Shown here: in pieces, positions 46,516 to 56,321 of the stretch
How positions within the stretch are numbered: the first letter of the stretch is position 1
How the letters are laid out: every line of letters starts with the position of its first letter
NCBI GenBank assembly: GCA_049586635.1
Contig: JBAVCK010000164.1
Span: 11,128 to 75,127 of the forward strand
DNA from: Candidatus Bathyarchaeia archaeon
GTDB lineage: Archaea > Thermoproteota > Bathyarchaeia > 40CM-2-53-6
Length of the DNA stretch: 64,000 nucleotides
Reading direction: 5' to 3'
Position numbers and translations under genes: made by a program
The notes under the pieces: model-generated
The model's input: the letters and a program-made list of their open reading frames with translations, nothing else
Databases searched by the model: none
What the model was told of the DNA's origin: nothing

Positions 46516-46935
46516 TTGGCTATCATGGCAAACAATGCTGTCTTGATTCGCGGGTTGGATCGGGATATCTACAACAGCGTGATAGCCAAAGCTAGACAAC
46601 AGGGCAAGAACGTGGCTGAGCTCGTAAACGAGGCCTTGCAGCAGTATATGCAGGAATCTCCATCGGAAAGCCAGGACGTCTTTGACACGAAGAAGCTAGT
46701 GATCGCCGGCTCCGTCCTTCTGTCCAAGGCCGACATTATGGGCCTGCATAAGGAGCTCGGAAACTTTCATCTGGAGAACAGTGGTGAACTAACTTTCGAT
46801 AAGGACGTTGACCGGGAAGCTTTCCAGAAGATCGAGCATATCCATAACACGGGGAAGCTTCGGGTCCCCACGGACGTACACCACTTCGCCCTACTGAAGG
46901 CAGGACACGTACGCGGAGAAGTAGAAAAGTACTAG
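46516..46935 (+). CDS. hypothetical protein with N-terminal ribbon-helix-helix-like segment
   Basis: VLIRGLDRDIYNSVIAKARQQGKNVAELVNEALQQYM looks like a beta-strand plus two helices (RHH/antitoxin-like); the C-terminal 90 aa are unassigned. Confidence 0.4.
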   Translation: MAIMANNAVLIRGLDRDIYNSVIAKARQQGKNVAELVNEALQQYMQESPSESQDVFDTKKLVIAGSVLLSKADIMGLHKELGNFHLENSGELTFDKDVDREAFQKIEHIHNTGKLRVPTDVHHFALLKAGHVRGEVEKY

Positions 46936-46972
46936 GCCAGGGTCCCAAAGATTGCCGAGTTTGTAGTCTTTT

Positions 46973-47308
46973 TTACACGGTCTCGACGCCGAACTTTCCA
47001 GTCTCCCACAGCTCAATTTTGACGGTGGTCTTGAAGAAGATACTGAGTTGTTCTTGTAACTGCCGTGCCAATTTCTCACACGACATGTTTCCAATGTCAT
47101 GGTGGTCATACTTCTCGTCGATGAATTGGTCCACTTGCTTCTTGATGTCCTCGAAGTCTAGCCATTCATCACTCTTCCCGTAGACCTTCGCAAGAAGCTG
47201 GTAGTTGTGCCCGTGCAACCGGCCGCAGCGTGGGTGGCCAGCGATTATGTGCGCTGAGGCGAACTCACGCCGGTATAGGCGTGCAATATCGGGCTGGGCA
47301 GGGGACAG
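46973..47308 (-). CDS. queD: 6-carboxytetrahydropterin synthase QueD (start codon non-canonical or lost)
   Basis: Hand translation upstream of the track ORF gives in-frame (L)SPAQPDIARLYRREFASAHIIAGHPRCGRLHGHNYQLL..., the QueD/PTPS Zn-His and catalytic Cys region. The first canonical start (TTG 47218) lies after these residues. CTG 47308 sits 9 nt after GGAGGT. Confidence 0.7.
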   Translation of the reverse strand: MSPAQPDIARLYRREFASAHIIAGHPRCGRLHGHNYQLLAKVYGKSDEWLDFEDIKKQVDQFIDEKYDHHDIGNMSCEKLARQLQEQLSIFFKTTVKIELWETGKFGVETV

Positions 47309-47313
47309 CTTGC

Positions 47314-47865
47314 CTAAACCTCCTTGCGGAGCATGTTGAAGAACTCGTTCCTTGTCTCAAATTTCTCAAACTGGCCGCGGATCTCCGACGTGAGGATGTC
47401 AGCGCCGCTCTTTACGCCCCTCATTTCCATGCACAAATGTCGGGCCTGAACAACCACGACGACGCCGCGCGGGTGTAAGTTTTCGTTTAGGGCGTCCGCA
47501 AGCTGTTTTGTCATACGCTCCTGGAGTTGAAGCCGCTTGCTGAAGCAATCCACCAACCTCACCAGTTTCGAAAGCCCCACGACGGCCTTTGAAGGAATAT
47601 AGCCAATGTGTACCTTCCCATAAAATGGAAGCAAATGATGCTCACACAACGAGAAAAAGCTGATTTCCTTCGCCACGACCATACCGCTGACCTCATTCCA
47701 TTCCCTCGCAAGAATTTGTTTAGGGTTCATGGAATACCCTTCAGTCAGTTCAGCATACATTTCGGTGACGCGCCTCGGAGTATCCTGGAGCCCTTCACGC
47801 CTGGGGTTCTCACCAATCTCTTCGAGGAGCGACTTCGTCAGTGCCTGCATTCTATTCTTGTCCAT
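47314..47865 (-). CDS. folE: GTP cyclohydrolase I (FolE type)
   Basis: GLQDTPRRV, FFSLCEHHLLPFYGKVHIGYIP, VVVVVQARHLCMEMRGV. Confidence 0.9.
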   Translation of the reverse strand: MDKNRMQALTKSLLEEIGENPRREGLQDTPRRVTEMYAELTEGYSMNPKQILAREWNEVSGMVVAKEISFFSLCEHHLLPFYGKVHIGYIPSKAVVGLSKLVRLVDCFSKRLQLQERMTKQLADALNENLHPRGVVVVVQARHLCMEMRGVKSGADILTSEIRGQFEKFETRNEFFNMLRKEV

Positions 47866-47968
47866 AATCCCGCTAACCAGAGACTAAATTGATTCGACCC
47901 GCCAAATCGGCGGTTTACAGTTAAGTTTTCCCTTGAATAAGTACTCCCCGAGAGACGTCGGTTCAGGG

Positions 47969-48559
47969 ATGCCCATGAAGCTACGGGTGCTTCCACGCAA
48001 GTTCTACGCACGTGACACAGTAAGGGTCGCAAAGTGTCTCCTCGGCAAACGTTTGGTACGAGTCAAGGGTAGGAGTAGAATGGGCGGGAGGATCGTAGAG
48101 GTTGAGGCCTATCGAGGTCTGGATGATCCAGCGAGCCATGCCTTTCGCGGACCGACGCCCAGGAACGCCCCAATGTTCGGAGAACCAGGCCACGCCTACA
48201 TCTACTTCACATACGGAAACCACTACTGCCTAAACATTACCACACAGGCAACTGGCACACCTGGCGCCGTATTGATCCGAGCAGTAGAACCCATCGAGGG
48301 ATTGCAGGCCATGAGGAGCCTACGGCCGAATGTTTCGGACCCAAACCTAACCAACGGGCCAGGCAAGTTGACGAAAGCCCTAGGCATAGACAGGGCACTC
48401 AATGAGGTGGACGTGACGAAACCGGGTCTCCTTTTTGTTGCAGACTCCGACGAGACGCAATTCGAAATTACCAGGTCTGCCCGTGTGGGAATCAGTCGGG
48501 GAATAGATCTTCTGTGGAGGTTCTACATAACAGGCAACCCGTATGTCTCGAAGCGTTAG
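47969..48559 (+). CDS. mpg: DNA-3-methyladenine glycosylase (Mpg/AAG family)
   Basis: FYARDTVRVAKCLLGKRLV, IVEVEAYRGLDDPASHAFRG, GHAYIYFTYGNHYCLNIT; ORF opens at TTG 47933, ATG at 47969. Confidence 0.85.
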   Translation: MPMKLRVLPRKFYARDTVRVAKCLLGKRLVRVKGRSRMGGRIVEVEAYRGLDDPASHAFRGPTPRNAPMFGEPGHAYIYFTYGNHYCLNITTQATGTPGAVLIRAVEPIEGLQAMRSLRPNVSDPNLTNGPGKLTKALGIDRALNEVDVTKPGLLFVADSDETQFEITRSARVGISRGIDLLWRFYITGNPYVSKR

Positions 48560-48800
48560 GGGTTGCGCAGGAATTCAGGCTTGGATGGGAGCGCTAATCT
48601 CTTCAGACTGGATTTGCGGTTCGGACATGTCTTTTATGACCGCTTGCGCGTCCCTGTGAGTGAAACCGACGTAAACGCCCTTGGTAAGAAGAAGAAAGGG
48701 CCCCATTAATTTTGTTTAATGAAAACTTTCGCTATGCGTAAATTCAACTCCTTAGGCTGAGGTTTTCAAACTCCCTTCGAGGTGTTTCGCTCTGGCTATA

Positions 48801-49757
48801 GTGCGCATCATTGGGCTCACTAAGAAGTACGGGTCGACGCTGGCAGTGGACCACCTGAACCTGGATGTCCAGGAGGGGGAGATTCTCGGATTGCTCGGCC
48901 CCAACGGTGCTGGGAAAAGTTCAATCCTAATGATGTTGTCAACAATAATCAAACCGACCGAAGGCACCGCAGAAGTCGGAGGCTACGACATCCGCAAAAG
49001 GCCGTACGAAGCAAGAGAAATGATCGGAATCGCCTTTCAAGAAGCGAAGCTCCTGTGGATGAATACCCCTTGGGAAATCTTGAACTGGCATGCAAAGGTG
49101 TGTGGCGTCAAGAACCCAAGGCACGCCGTGGAGGTAATTCTTAAGGAGTTTAACCTCTGGGACGCCAGAAAGAAACTCGCCAATGAATTATCCGGTGGAA
49201 TGAAGAAACGTGTCGAAGTCGCCAAGGTGCTCATTCAGAAACCAAAAGTCGCCATCGTGGATGAACCTACAGCTCAAATCGATATTGCTGGCAAGTACCA
49301 GATATGGGAAAAGATTCGTTCCCTACGCGATGAGGGTTCCACAATCATTCTGGCCACAAACGAGCTCGGCGAAGCAGACCGGCTTTCCGACCGAGTAGCA
49401 ATATTGTACCATGGCCGACTCAGGGTATGCGACACGCCTCGAAACCTCAAAGACAGTATACCCGGGGGTGATGTCATCGACATCAGGCTCGAAGCACCTG
49501 TTGAGAACAGGGCGGTGGCTGAGCTGAAGGGTATAGCCGGAATCGTCGACCTTGCTATTGTAGAACCAACTCACATGCGTATCTACCTCAACCGAGCAGA
49601 GAAGATGCTGCCCAAGATAATGCAACTCCTCTCCACCCTTGGCGTCGGAATCAACTCGATCAACATGAAAGAACCCTCCCTAGACGATGTCTTCTTTCAT
49701 TACGCCGGCACCGTCCTGGAAGAATCGCAAGCAACCCCCAGTGTGGCTTCACCGTGA
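48801..49757 (+). CDS. ABC transporter ATP-binding protein (ABC-2/DrrA-like)
   Basis: Walker A GPNGAGKS, signature LSGGMKKR, Walker B VAIVDEP; GTG start. Confidence 0.9.
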   Translation: MRIIGLTKKYGSTLAVDHLNLDVQEGEILGLLGPNGAGKSSILMMLSTIIKPTEGTAEVGGYDIRKRPYEAREMIGIAFQEAKLLWMNTPWEILNWHAKVCGVKNPRHAVEVILKEFNLWDARKKLANELSGGMKKRVEVAKVLIQKPKVAIVDEPTAQIDIAGKYQIWEKIRSLRDEGSTIILATNELGEADRLSDRVAILYHGRLRVCDTPRNLKDSIPGGDVIDIRLEAPVENRAVAELKGIAGIVDLAIVEPTHMRIYLNRAEKMLPKIMQLLSTLGVGINSINMKEPSLDDVFFHYAGTVLEESQATPSVASP

Positions 49758-50512
49758 GCAAGATACTCCTCGTGATCGAACGCGATCTGCGCTCACTGGT
49801 TCGGCACAAAAGTATACTGATTATGCGTTGGTTCTTCGTCATCGTCCAAATTGGAATTTTCGGCCTTGCTGTGTCGCGGCTGATTGTCGTAATGCCAAAC
49901 TATTACAATTACTACGCGATGGGCGTCATCGTGATGACCATGTACTCTGTAGCCATCTTTACAGGGTACGAAATATACGACGAAGCTGACGACGGCTTCG
50001 TGGAATACCTCCTGAGCCTACCGATAACGCGTCGTGAGCTAGTACTCGGTCGGTCTCTTGCCGGTGGGCTTAGGAGCTTCATTTTCATGTCCCCTATCAT
50101 TGCAGGTTTTCTGTTCTTCATCGGAGTCTTGGATCCCCTGAAAATCTTGACTGCACTAGTAGCTCTCTACGGGTTTGCGTTCGGCGTTTCAGGTTTGAGT
50201 ATCACTCTAGCGGTTGGATTGAGGTCTGGAGACAAGTTCGACATCATAATGGGAGCACTTGACGCATTCATCGTTCGACTGAGTACAGCTCTGTACCCGC
50301 AGGCCTTCATGCCAGGCCCTATAGCGGCCATGTCAATGTTCAATCCACTCAGCTATGCCTCAGACCTCTTCCGCTGGTCACTGAACTTCAACATCAAATA
50401 TCTAGCAAATCCGGCGGTCGCATTGATTGTTCTAGTAATCTTCCTCATGACGTTCAACTTCGCCGGAGTGATGATTTACGAACGGAATCTCGAAGGGGGA
50501 AACTGGAGATGA
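49754..50512 (+). CDS. ABC-2 type transporter permease
   Basis: 252 aa, 6 TM; 4-nt overlap with the ATPase gene. Confidence 0.75.
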   Translation: MSKILLVIERDLRSLVRHKSILIMRWFFVIVQIGIFGLAVSRLIVVMPNYYNYYAMGVIVMTMYSVAIFTGYEIYDEADDGFVEYLLSLPITRRELVLGRSLAGGLRSFIFMSPIIAGFLFFIGVLDPLKILTALVALYGFAFGVSGLSITLAVGLRSGDKFDIIMGALDAFIVRLSTALYPQAFMPGPIAAMSMFNPLSYASDLFRWSLNFNIKYLANPAVALIVLVIFLMTFNFAGVMIYERNLEGGNWR

Positions 50513-50516
50513 TTCC

Positions 50517-51269
50517 ATGTTAACCGGCTTGAAAGCGATAATAGAGCACGACTTCCGAACTTTCTTCAAGTACCGGTTTTTCACGGCTGGCCTGATCAGC
50601 ATGAACCTTGCAGATTTGCTCATTATGGCGGTTGTTTACACGCAGATGGTTTCGTTCGACTACTTCAAATTCGTAGCGCCTGGAATTGTTGCCGTCGGCC
50701 TGTTTGCCGCCGCCTTCGTGATCGGTAGAGAAGTGAACAATGAGACTAGAAGAGGCTACAACCAGTACCTTCTCAGCCTGCCAGTTAGACGTTTCGAGCT
50801 TATTATCGGGCGCATGATAGCGGGCGGCCTCAGGGGGCTAATCTACGCAATCCCCCTACTTGTCTTGGCGATGTGGATCCTAACGTTTCCATCGATTCTA
50901 CAACTAGGGCTGATCATATTTGCAATGTTCCTACTCGGCATGGGGATTTCAGGCCTAGCAATCAGCTTAGCGGTCATCTTGAGGAGTTTCGAACGGTTTA
51001 CAACCGCTCGAAGCCTGATCTACCTGCTACTGATTTTCTGCAGCACAGTCTTCTACCCGATAACAATTCTTCAACAGCTCTTCGGTGGGGCCCTGGTCGT
51101 TTTCGCGGAAGCCAACCCTCTAAGCGCAATCTCGAATCTTCTGAGAGGTTACCTGATGGGAACTCCGCCTGTAACTTTGTTCAGCTGGATGGAACTCTTA
51201 GTGTTCTCCGCTGTGTTCATCTTAGCCGGAGCGGGACTCTATGCGCTGGCCATCGAACGCTCCGTCTAA
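50517..51269 (+). CDS. ABC-2 type transporter permease (paralogue)
   Basis: 250 aa, 6 TM; shares the YLLSLPxxRxELxxGR motif with the preceding permease. Confidence 0.75.
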   Translation: MLTGLKAIIEHDFRTFFKYRFFTAGLISMNLADLLIMAVVYTQMVSFDYFKFVAPGIVAVGLFAAAFVIGREVNNETRRGYNQYLLSLPVRRFELIIGRMIAGGLRGLIYAIPLLVLAMWILTFPSILQLGLIIFAMFLLGMGISGLAISLAVILRSFERFTTARSLIYLLLIFCSTVFYPITILQQLFGGALVVFAEANPLSAISNLLRGYLMGTPPVTLFSWMELLVFSAVFILAGAGLYALAIERSV

Positions 51270-51272
51270 ACT

Positions 51273-52305
51273 CTAGTATTTGATGACTGAGAATTCCTTG
51301 CCGCTCGCCCTGACGGTGACTCCCCTCGAACTTGTCACGTGACCAATCTGTCTGAATCCAGGGAGCAGGCTTCTAGCTTGTCTTGCGGCTTGCCTAGGGC
51401 AGATTACTAAGAAGCCGATTCCCATGTTGAACGTGCGGTACATCTCCCGCTCCGAGACACGTGCCTTAGATTGAATCGTCTTGAATACCCAAGGCGGTTC
51501 CGGTAGGTTATCTAGTTGAAATCCGACCTTCGCCCGTTGCCCGATCCTCTTCAGTTTAGAGTAAGCCCCTCCCGTTATGTGCGCCAATCCATGGATCTCC
51601 AAGTTCGATCTGAGCAGCCTAGAGATTTCCTTAACGTAGATCCTTGTAGGGCGAATCAATTCTCTTACGATCTTCGGGTCCGCTCTGGGAACCAGTAGAG
51701 TTTTTCTCGCCAGAGTCAGGCCGTTGCTATGGATGCCGCTACTTGCCAAGCCAAGAACAGCATCTCCAGGTTCAGCTTGCTCGCCGGTAATGATGCTGTC
51801 CTTCTTCACGATGCCAACCACGGTCCCCGACAGGTCAAAGCCTCGCACAAGGTCAGGAACGATTGCGGTCTCACCTCCGACTATTGCGACACCTGCTTCG
51901 CGCGCGCCCTTTTGCAGCCCTTTCATTATTTCCGCGACAAGTCTTGGCCTTGGTTTCTCGAGCGCCAAATAGTCAACCATGGCAAGCGGCTCGGCGCCGA
52001 CGCAGATTATGTCGTTCACGTTCATCGCGACACAATCTATTCCGACCGTGTCGTACTTCCCGCAAGCCTCCGCAACAAGAACCTTTGTCCCAACATTGTC
52101 AGTGTGTAATGCCAGCGCATAGTCTTTGCTGATTTCTATCAGAGCCGCATAGTGTTCACGAATCCCAAGAACGCGCCCCAGTTTTCCCCTTCGAGTTTGG
52201 AAGGTTTTCGACAGAGCCGTTTCGATGCCTTTCTGGATTTGCGAAACCCGGGCTACGTCAACACCTGCTTCAGCATATGTGCGGGGCGACGTGGCGCACT
52301 CTCAT
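51273..52305 (-). CDS. purM: phosphoribosylformylglycinamidine cyclo-ligase (AIR synthetase) PurM, anomalous 5' end
   Basis: The track ORF starts at an internal Met (52025). Hand translation shows the same frame is open and PurM-like up to 52301 ([22 protein letters not shown]...[35 protein letters not shown]) but has no ATG/GTG/TTG. The ATGA-coupled ATG at 52305 is one frame off. Confidence 0.8.
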
Positions 52306-52706
52306 TTCGAAACATCGAGAATTCTCTTAGCGAGGTAGGCGGCGTTCTCAGCTCCATCTATTCCCACCGCGCATACCGGGACTCCACGAGGCATTTGCAC
52401 GATGGAAAGGAGTGCGTCCAAGCCGCCCAGTGCTTTGTTGACTGGCACACCGATGACGGGCCGCTCAGTTCTTGAGGCAATGTAGCCAGGCAGGTGTGCT
52501 GCAAGGCCAGCGATCGCTATGAATACCTTGGCTTTGCTTGAGGCGATGTACTCGTCCAGTTCCTTGTGATTCCTGTGGGCTGAGATGACCTGGGTCTCAT
52601 GTGTTACTCCCAGCGAGTCAAGGACTTGTTCTGCGCGTTTAGCGATTTCCGAGTCACTTTTTGACCCTATCACTATTGAAACGGCAACATCAGCCAAAGT
52701 GCACAC
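52302..52706 (-). CDS. purE: N5-carboxyaminoimidazole ribonucleotide mutase / AIR carboxylase catalytic subunit PurE
   Basis: [32 protein letters not shown] motifs; GTG start. Confidence 0.85.
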   Translation of the reverse strand: MCTLADVAVSIVIGSKSDSEIAKRAEQVLDSLGVTHETQVISAHRNHKELDEYIASSKAKVFIAIAGLAAHLPGYIASRTERPVIGVPVNKALGGLDALLSIVQMPRGVPVCAVGIDGAENAAYLAKRILDVSK

Positions 52707-52711
52707 GTTCC

Positions 52712-53479
52712 TCAGGTTGGATGCTCGAGCAACAGCTCTTTGTTTGAAGCTTGTTCAGCTTGATGTTGGATAAAGGCTTCTTGTCTTCGATTCCACCGAT
52801 CCTCCCAGTTTCTGCCCCAATCAACTACAACTTTCCCATCATGGATAGCGATTCGTTTGTCTGCGTGGAGTTGAATCGCCTTTGAATAAGTCCGATGTTC
52901 TTGCACCAATATTCGACGTGCCAGGGATCCAGGCGTATCGTCTGGTTTGACTGGGACAGTGCTCTGGAGAATGATTGGGCCGCCGTCTACACTTTCATCA
53001 ACGTAGTGCACTGAGCAACCTGACTCATTTTCACGCGCCCCGAGCACGGCGGCATGAACGCGTTCGCCGAACATACCCGGACCGCCGAACCTCACCATGT
53101 CCTTCGCGGGATGAATGTTCATGATACGAAACCTGTACGCCTCGACCATCGTAAGTCCTAGAACTTGCATGAAGCCCGCGAGGGCCACGAGGTTGATACG
53201 GTGCTGCTCAAGTACCCCGCAGACTCTTTTGTCGAATTCGTTTCGGGCATTCTCCTTCTCCTGTTTTGTAGCGAATTTCCTCCCGAAAACTCCTTCCAAG
53301 ATGACGTAAGGAACAGAGTATTCCTGTGCGACTTGAATCGCTGGCGCGTTGGGATCGTTTGTGACCAGCAGACTGAGCTCAACATCTTCAAGGACTTCGA
53401 GCCGGGCGTGGTCTGCAATGGCCCTAAAGTTAGAGCCACGGCCCGATGCGAAGACCGCCAAGCGATTCATGCTATCCAC
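52712..53479 (-). CDS. purN: phosphoribosylglycinamide formyltransferase PurN with about 55-aa C-terminal extension
   Basis: [48 protein letters not shown]. Confidence 0.85.
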   Translation of the reverse strand: MDSMNRLAVFASGRGSNFRAIADHARLEVLEDVELSLLVTNDPNAPAIQVAQEYSVPYVILEGVFGRKFATKQEKENARNEFDKRVCGVLEQHRINLVALAGFMQVLGLTMVEAYRFRIMNIHPAKDMVRFGGPGMFGERVHAAVLGARENESGCSVHYVDESVDGGPIILQSTVPVKPDDTPGSLARRILVQEHRTYSKAIQLHADKRIAIHDGKVVVDWGRNWEDRWNRRQEAFIQHQAEQASNKELLLEHPT

Positions 53480-54870
53480 ATTTCCGGTGAGCTTGGAGTT
53501 GAAGTACTTGCGCCGAGAGATTTCATGTGCTCGATACGCTTCTGAATCAACTCTTCTGTCCCAATGTCATGGCGGTGGCGCAACGGGCCTTGAACATTGG
53601 ACGTCGCGCCTTCAGCTATTTGTTCCGCTTCCCTTATCGTCTCAGCTATCCCCACGACGGCTAACGTCCGAGACCCCGTAGTGGTTATGCAACCATTCTT
53701 CACGTCCACGCCAGCGTAGAAGAGGCGCGCATTCTGCCCAAATGCTTCCTCGTCAACATCCACCATTTGAGGAGCAGCAACATGGTCGGGATAGGTGATT
53801 GGGACGAGATACTTGCAAACAGTAGCCTTAGGCTGGAATGAGAAGTATTTCGACTTCAAACTCCCCTCAGCTATGCGCTCACATACCTCCATGAAGTCAG
53901 TTTCCTCAGAGAGTATTGGTAGGACGTTCATGGCTTCCGGGTCGCCGAAACGGCAATTGAATTCGATGAGTTTCGGGCTCGGCTTCTCCTCGTTCAGACT
54001 TCGAGCTAACATGAATTGACCGTACAATAACCCCTTGTACTCTTCACCAGTCTCCTTATTCAGTGCACGAATGACATCGGCCATTGCTCCAAAACTTGCT
54101 TCGAAGTTTTCCGGTGAAACAAACGGGAGTAAGTGGTCTCGGTCGCTGTAACTGCCCATACCGCCCGTGTTTGGCCCAGAATCATTTTCGTATGCACGTT
54201 TATGGTCTTGAACGAGGGGCATGGGGTGCACGTCATGACCGTCGACAAAGCCTTGGAGTGAATACTCTTCACCATTGAGCCGCTCCTCAATTACGAGCCG
54301 CTGACTACCGCCAATCTTGTTTCGGAGAATCTCCTTAGCATAAGCCACCTCATCCTGCTTACTTGGAAGATCTTCCCCTGTAACTTTGACTCCCTTCCCA
54401 CCGGTCAACCCAGCAGGTTTTATCGCGACGGGCCCCGCGGTCCTTAGAAATGCTTCGGCGGAATCGGGTTCCGTGAAGACACGGAATAGGGGGTTACCCG
54501 CTATGCCGTACTTGCTCAGAAGGTTCCGGCAGAAACTCTTGTCTCCCTCTAAGAGAGCGAGCCTTTGTGTTGGTCCGACGCATGCAATGCCCTCCTCCGC
54601 AAGAAAATCCACCACTCCATTAACGAGCGGCGCCTCGGGGCCAATTACAGCCAATTCGATATGAACTCCTTTCGCGTAATCCGACACAGCTCGAGCGTCG
54701 TTGATCTGTAGGATCGTTGCCTCTCTCGCAAGTTTCGTTATGCCAGGATTGTTAGTGCTCATGGCCGCATACAAGTCGGCATTCGGCGATTTCGCGAGTG
54801 CTACAGCGATGGCATGTTCCCTTGCTCCCGACCCAACAAGCAGCACTCTCGTCAAGGCTCTCTCTCCCAA
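53467..54870 (-). CDS. purD: phosphoribosylamine-glycine ligase
   Basis: VLLVGSGAREHAIAVAL, ATP-grasp VIKPAGLTGGKGV, VIEERLNGEEYSLQ, IEFNCRFGDPE. Confidence 0.9.
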   Translation of the reverse strand: MGERALTRVLLVGSGAREHAIAVALAKSPNADLYAAMSTNNPGITKLAREATILQINDARAVSDYAKGVHIELAVIGPEAPLVNGVVDFLAEEGIACVGPTQRLALLEGDKSFCRNLLSKYGIAGNPLFRVFTEPDSAEAFLRTAGPVAIKPAGLTGGKGVKVTGEDLPSKQDEVAYAKEILRNKIGGSQRLVIEERLNGEEYSLQGFVDGHDVHPMPLVQDHKRAYENDSGPNTGGMGSYSDRDHLLPFVSPENFEASFGAMADVIRALNKETGEEYKGLLYGQFMLARSLNEEKPSPKLIEFNCRFGDPEAMNVLPILSEETDFMEVCERIAEGSLKSKYFSFQPKATVCKYLVPITYPDHVAAPQMVDVDEEAFGQNARLFYAGVDVKNGCITTTGSRTLAVVGIAETIREAEQIAEGATSNVQGPLRHRHDIGTEELIQKRIEHMKSLGASTSTPSSPEMWIA

Positions 54871-56321
54871 AGCCTAGCACTAGCATTCTGATCAGTTTTC
54901 GGCCGCATTTCATCGGCTAGTGATTGGGCCAGAGGGGTCGGGTAAATACCTGTCAAGCATGCGAGGCAAGTTTCCTGCTTTGGAAGGCCTATCGCATCCA
55001 ACAATCCATCCAAGGTCTGGTAGCAGACGACATCAGCGCCTACCGCTCGGCGGATTTCTTCCACCGATTTTGATGAGGCAATTAGTTCGGAATGAGTCGA
55101 CATATCAATCCCGTAGAAACACGGGGATTTGATGGGTGGGCATGTGACCCAGACTTCGACGCGGCTTGCGCCCGCTTCCTTGAGCAAGTTCACAATCTTC
55201 TTCATCGTCGTGCCGCGGACGATGCTGTCGTCTACTAAGAGAATGTTCTTGCCTTCTACAACAGCTCGCACCGCGTTGAGCTTCAGCCTAACCGCGTTAT
55301 CTCTCCCCTCTTGGTGGGGCATGATGAATGTTCTACCGATGTACCTGTTCTTGATCAGACCCTCGAAAACTGGGATCCCGGTCTCTCGTGATATTCCCTC
55401 TGCTGCAGGGCGTGCAGTATCAGGGACTGGGACAATCACATCCGCGTGTGTCTTGTAAGTGCGCGCAAGGTTTCTGCCTAGCTTGACCCGGGCCAGGTAC
55501 ACATCCTTACCGTCGATTGTCGAATCTGGTCGACTGAAATATACGTACTCAAACATGCACCGCGCGTGATTGTTCTGTGCTTTGAGCTGCTTTCTGACTA
55601 GTGGCTCGTTTTCCCGCGCGATCACTAGCTCTCCAGGGTTCACGTTCGAGTGATCATGTATACCGTTGATGTCTAAGGCAACGGTTTCTGAGGCGAACAT
55701 AAAGAGTCCATCGGCCTCCCCAAAGCAGAGTGGGTGAAAACCCTCAGGGTCCCTGAAGGCGATTAGCTCACCGTTCCCTGTCAAAACGAGCGTGGAGTAA
55801 GCGCCTTCGAATCTCGAGACGCAATTCATGACCGCCTTCTCAACGTCGACACCGCTGGAAAGTTCTTCGGATAAGGTCTTGAGCATGATTTCTGCGTCGC
55901 AGGTTGCCGAAAGGAATGTTCCGTTTGAACGCAAGTCAGTGCAAAGCTGTGAGAAATTGACGAGGTTGCCGTTATGGCAGAGGGCAAGTCCACCTTTCGG
56001 CCGGTCGGAGAAGTAGGGTTGCGCGAATTCCTCCAGTTTCTGTGGGTCACAAAGTGTTTCTTCGTTTGCTGGCTGACCTACAGTGGAATATCTGACATGC
56101 CCTATTCCGAGACTACCCTTCAGTCCGTTGAAAGTTTCAAAGTTGCCGACCAGCCCCAGTTGTTTTCGATGATAGAACTTCTTCTTGTCGAATGTATAGA
56201 ACCCGCATGCTTCCTGGCCGCGGTGCTGTAAAGCCAATAGCCCAAGCCAAATGTTGTGGGACACGTCCGAGCCGCTTTTTATGGCTCCGACGACGCCGCA
56301 GCTTTCCTTTACCTCTGTCAA
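54852..56321 (-). CDS. purF: amidophosphoribosyltransferase
   Basis: N-terminal ESCGVVG (Ntn Cys), LQHRGQEACG, PRT motif ILLVDDSIVRGTT, Fe-S Cys contexts. Confidence 0.9.
   Translation of the reverse strand: MTEVKESCGVVGAIKSGSDVSHNIWLGLLALQHRGQEACGFYTFDKKKFYHRKQLGLVGNFETFNGLKGSLGIGHVRYSTVGQPANEETLCDPQKLEEFAQPYFSDRPKGGLALCHNGNLVNFSQLCTDLRSNGTFLSATCDAEIMLKTLSEELSSGVDVEKAVMNCVSRFEGAYSTLVLTGNGELIAFRDPEGFHPLCFGEADGLFMFASETVALDINGIHDHSNVNPGELVIARENEPLVRKQLKAQNNHARCMFEYVYFSRPDSTIDGKDVYLARVKLGRNLARTYKTHADVIVPVPDTARPAAEGISRETGIPVFEGLIKNRYIGRTFIMPHQEGRDNAVRLKLNAVRAVVEGKNILLVDDSIVRGTTMKKIVNLLKEAGASRVEVWVTCPPIKSPCFYGIDMSTHSELIASSKSVEEIRRAVGADVVCYQTLDGLLDAIGLPKQETCLACLTGIYPTPLAQSLADEMRPKTDQNASARLWEREP

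Noticed and set aside
47205-47235. Apparent 1-nt frameshift in queD, my first reading
   Set aside because: It arose from mis-copying one base at the 47220/47221 line break. On re-reading, CGRLHGHNY is in one continuous frame. The real anomaly is the missing canonical start, reported as a finding.
48575-48706. 43-aa minus-strand ORF (MGPFLLLTKGVYVGFTHRDAQAVIKDM...) between mpg and the ABC operon
   Set aside because: It is too short and featureless to support without conservation data.
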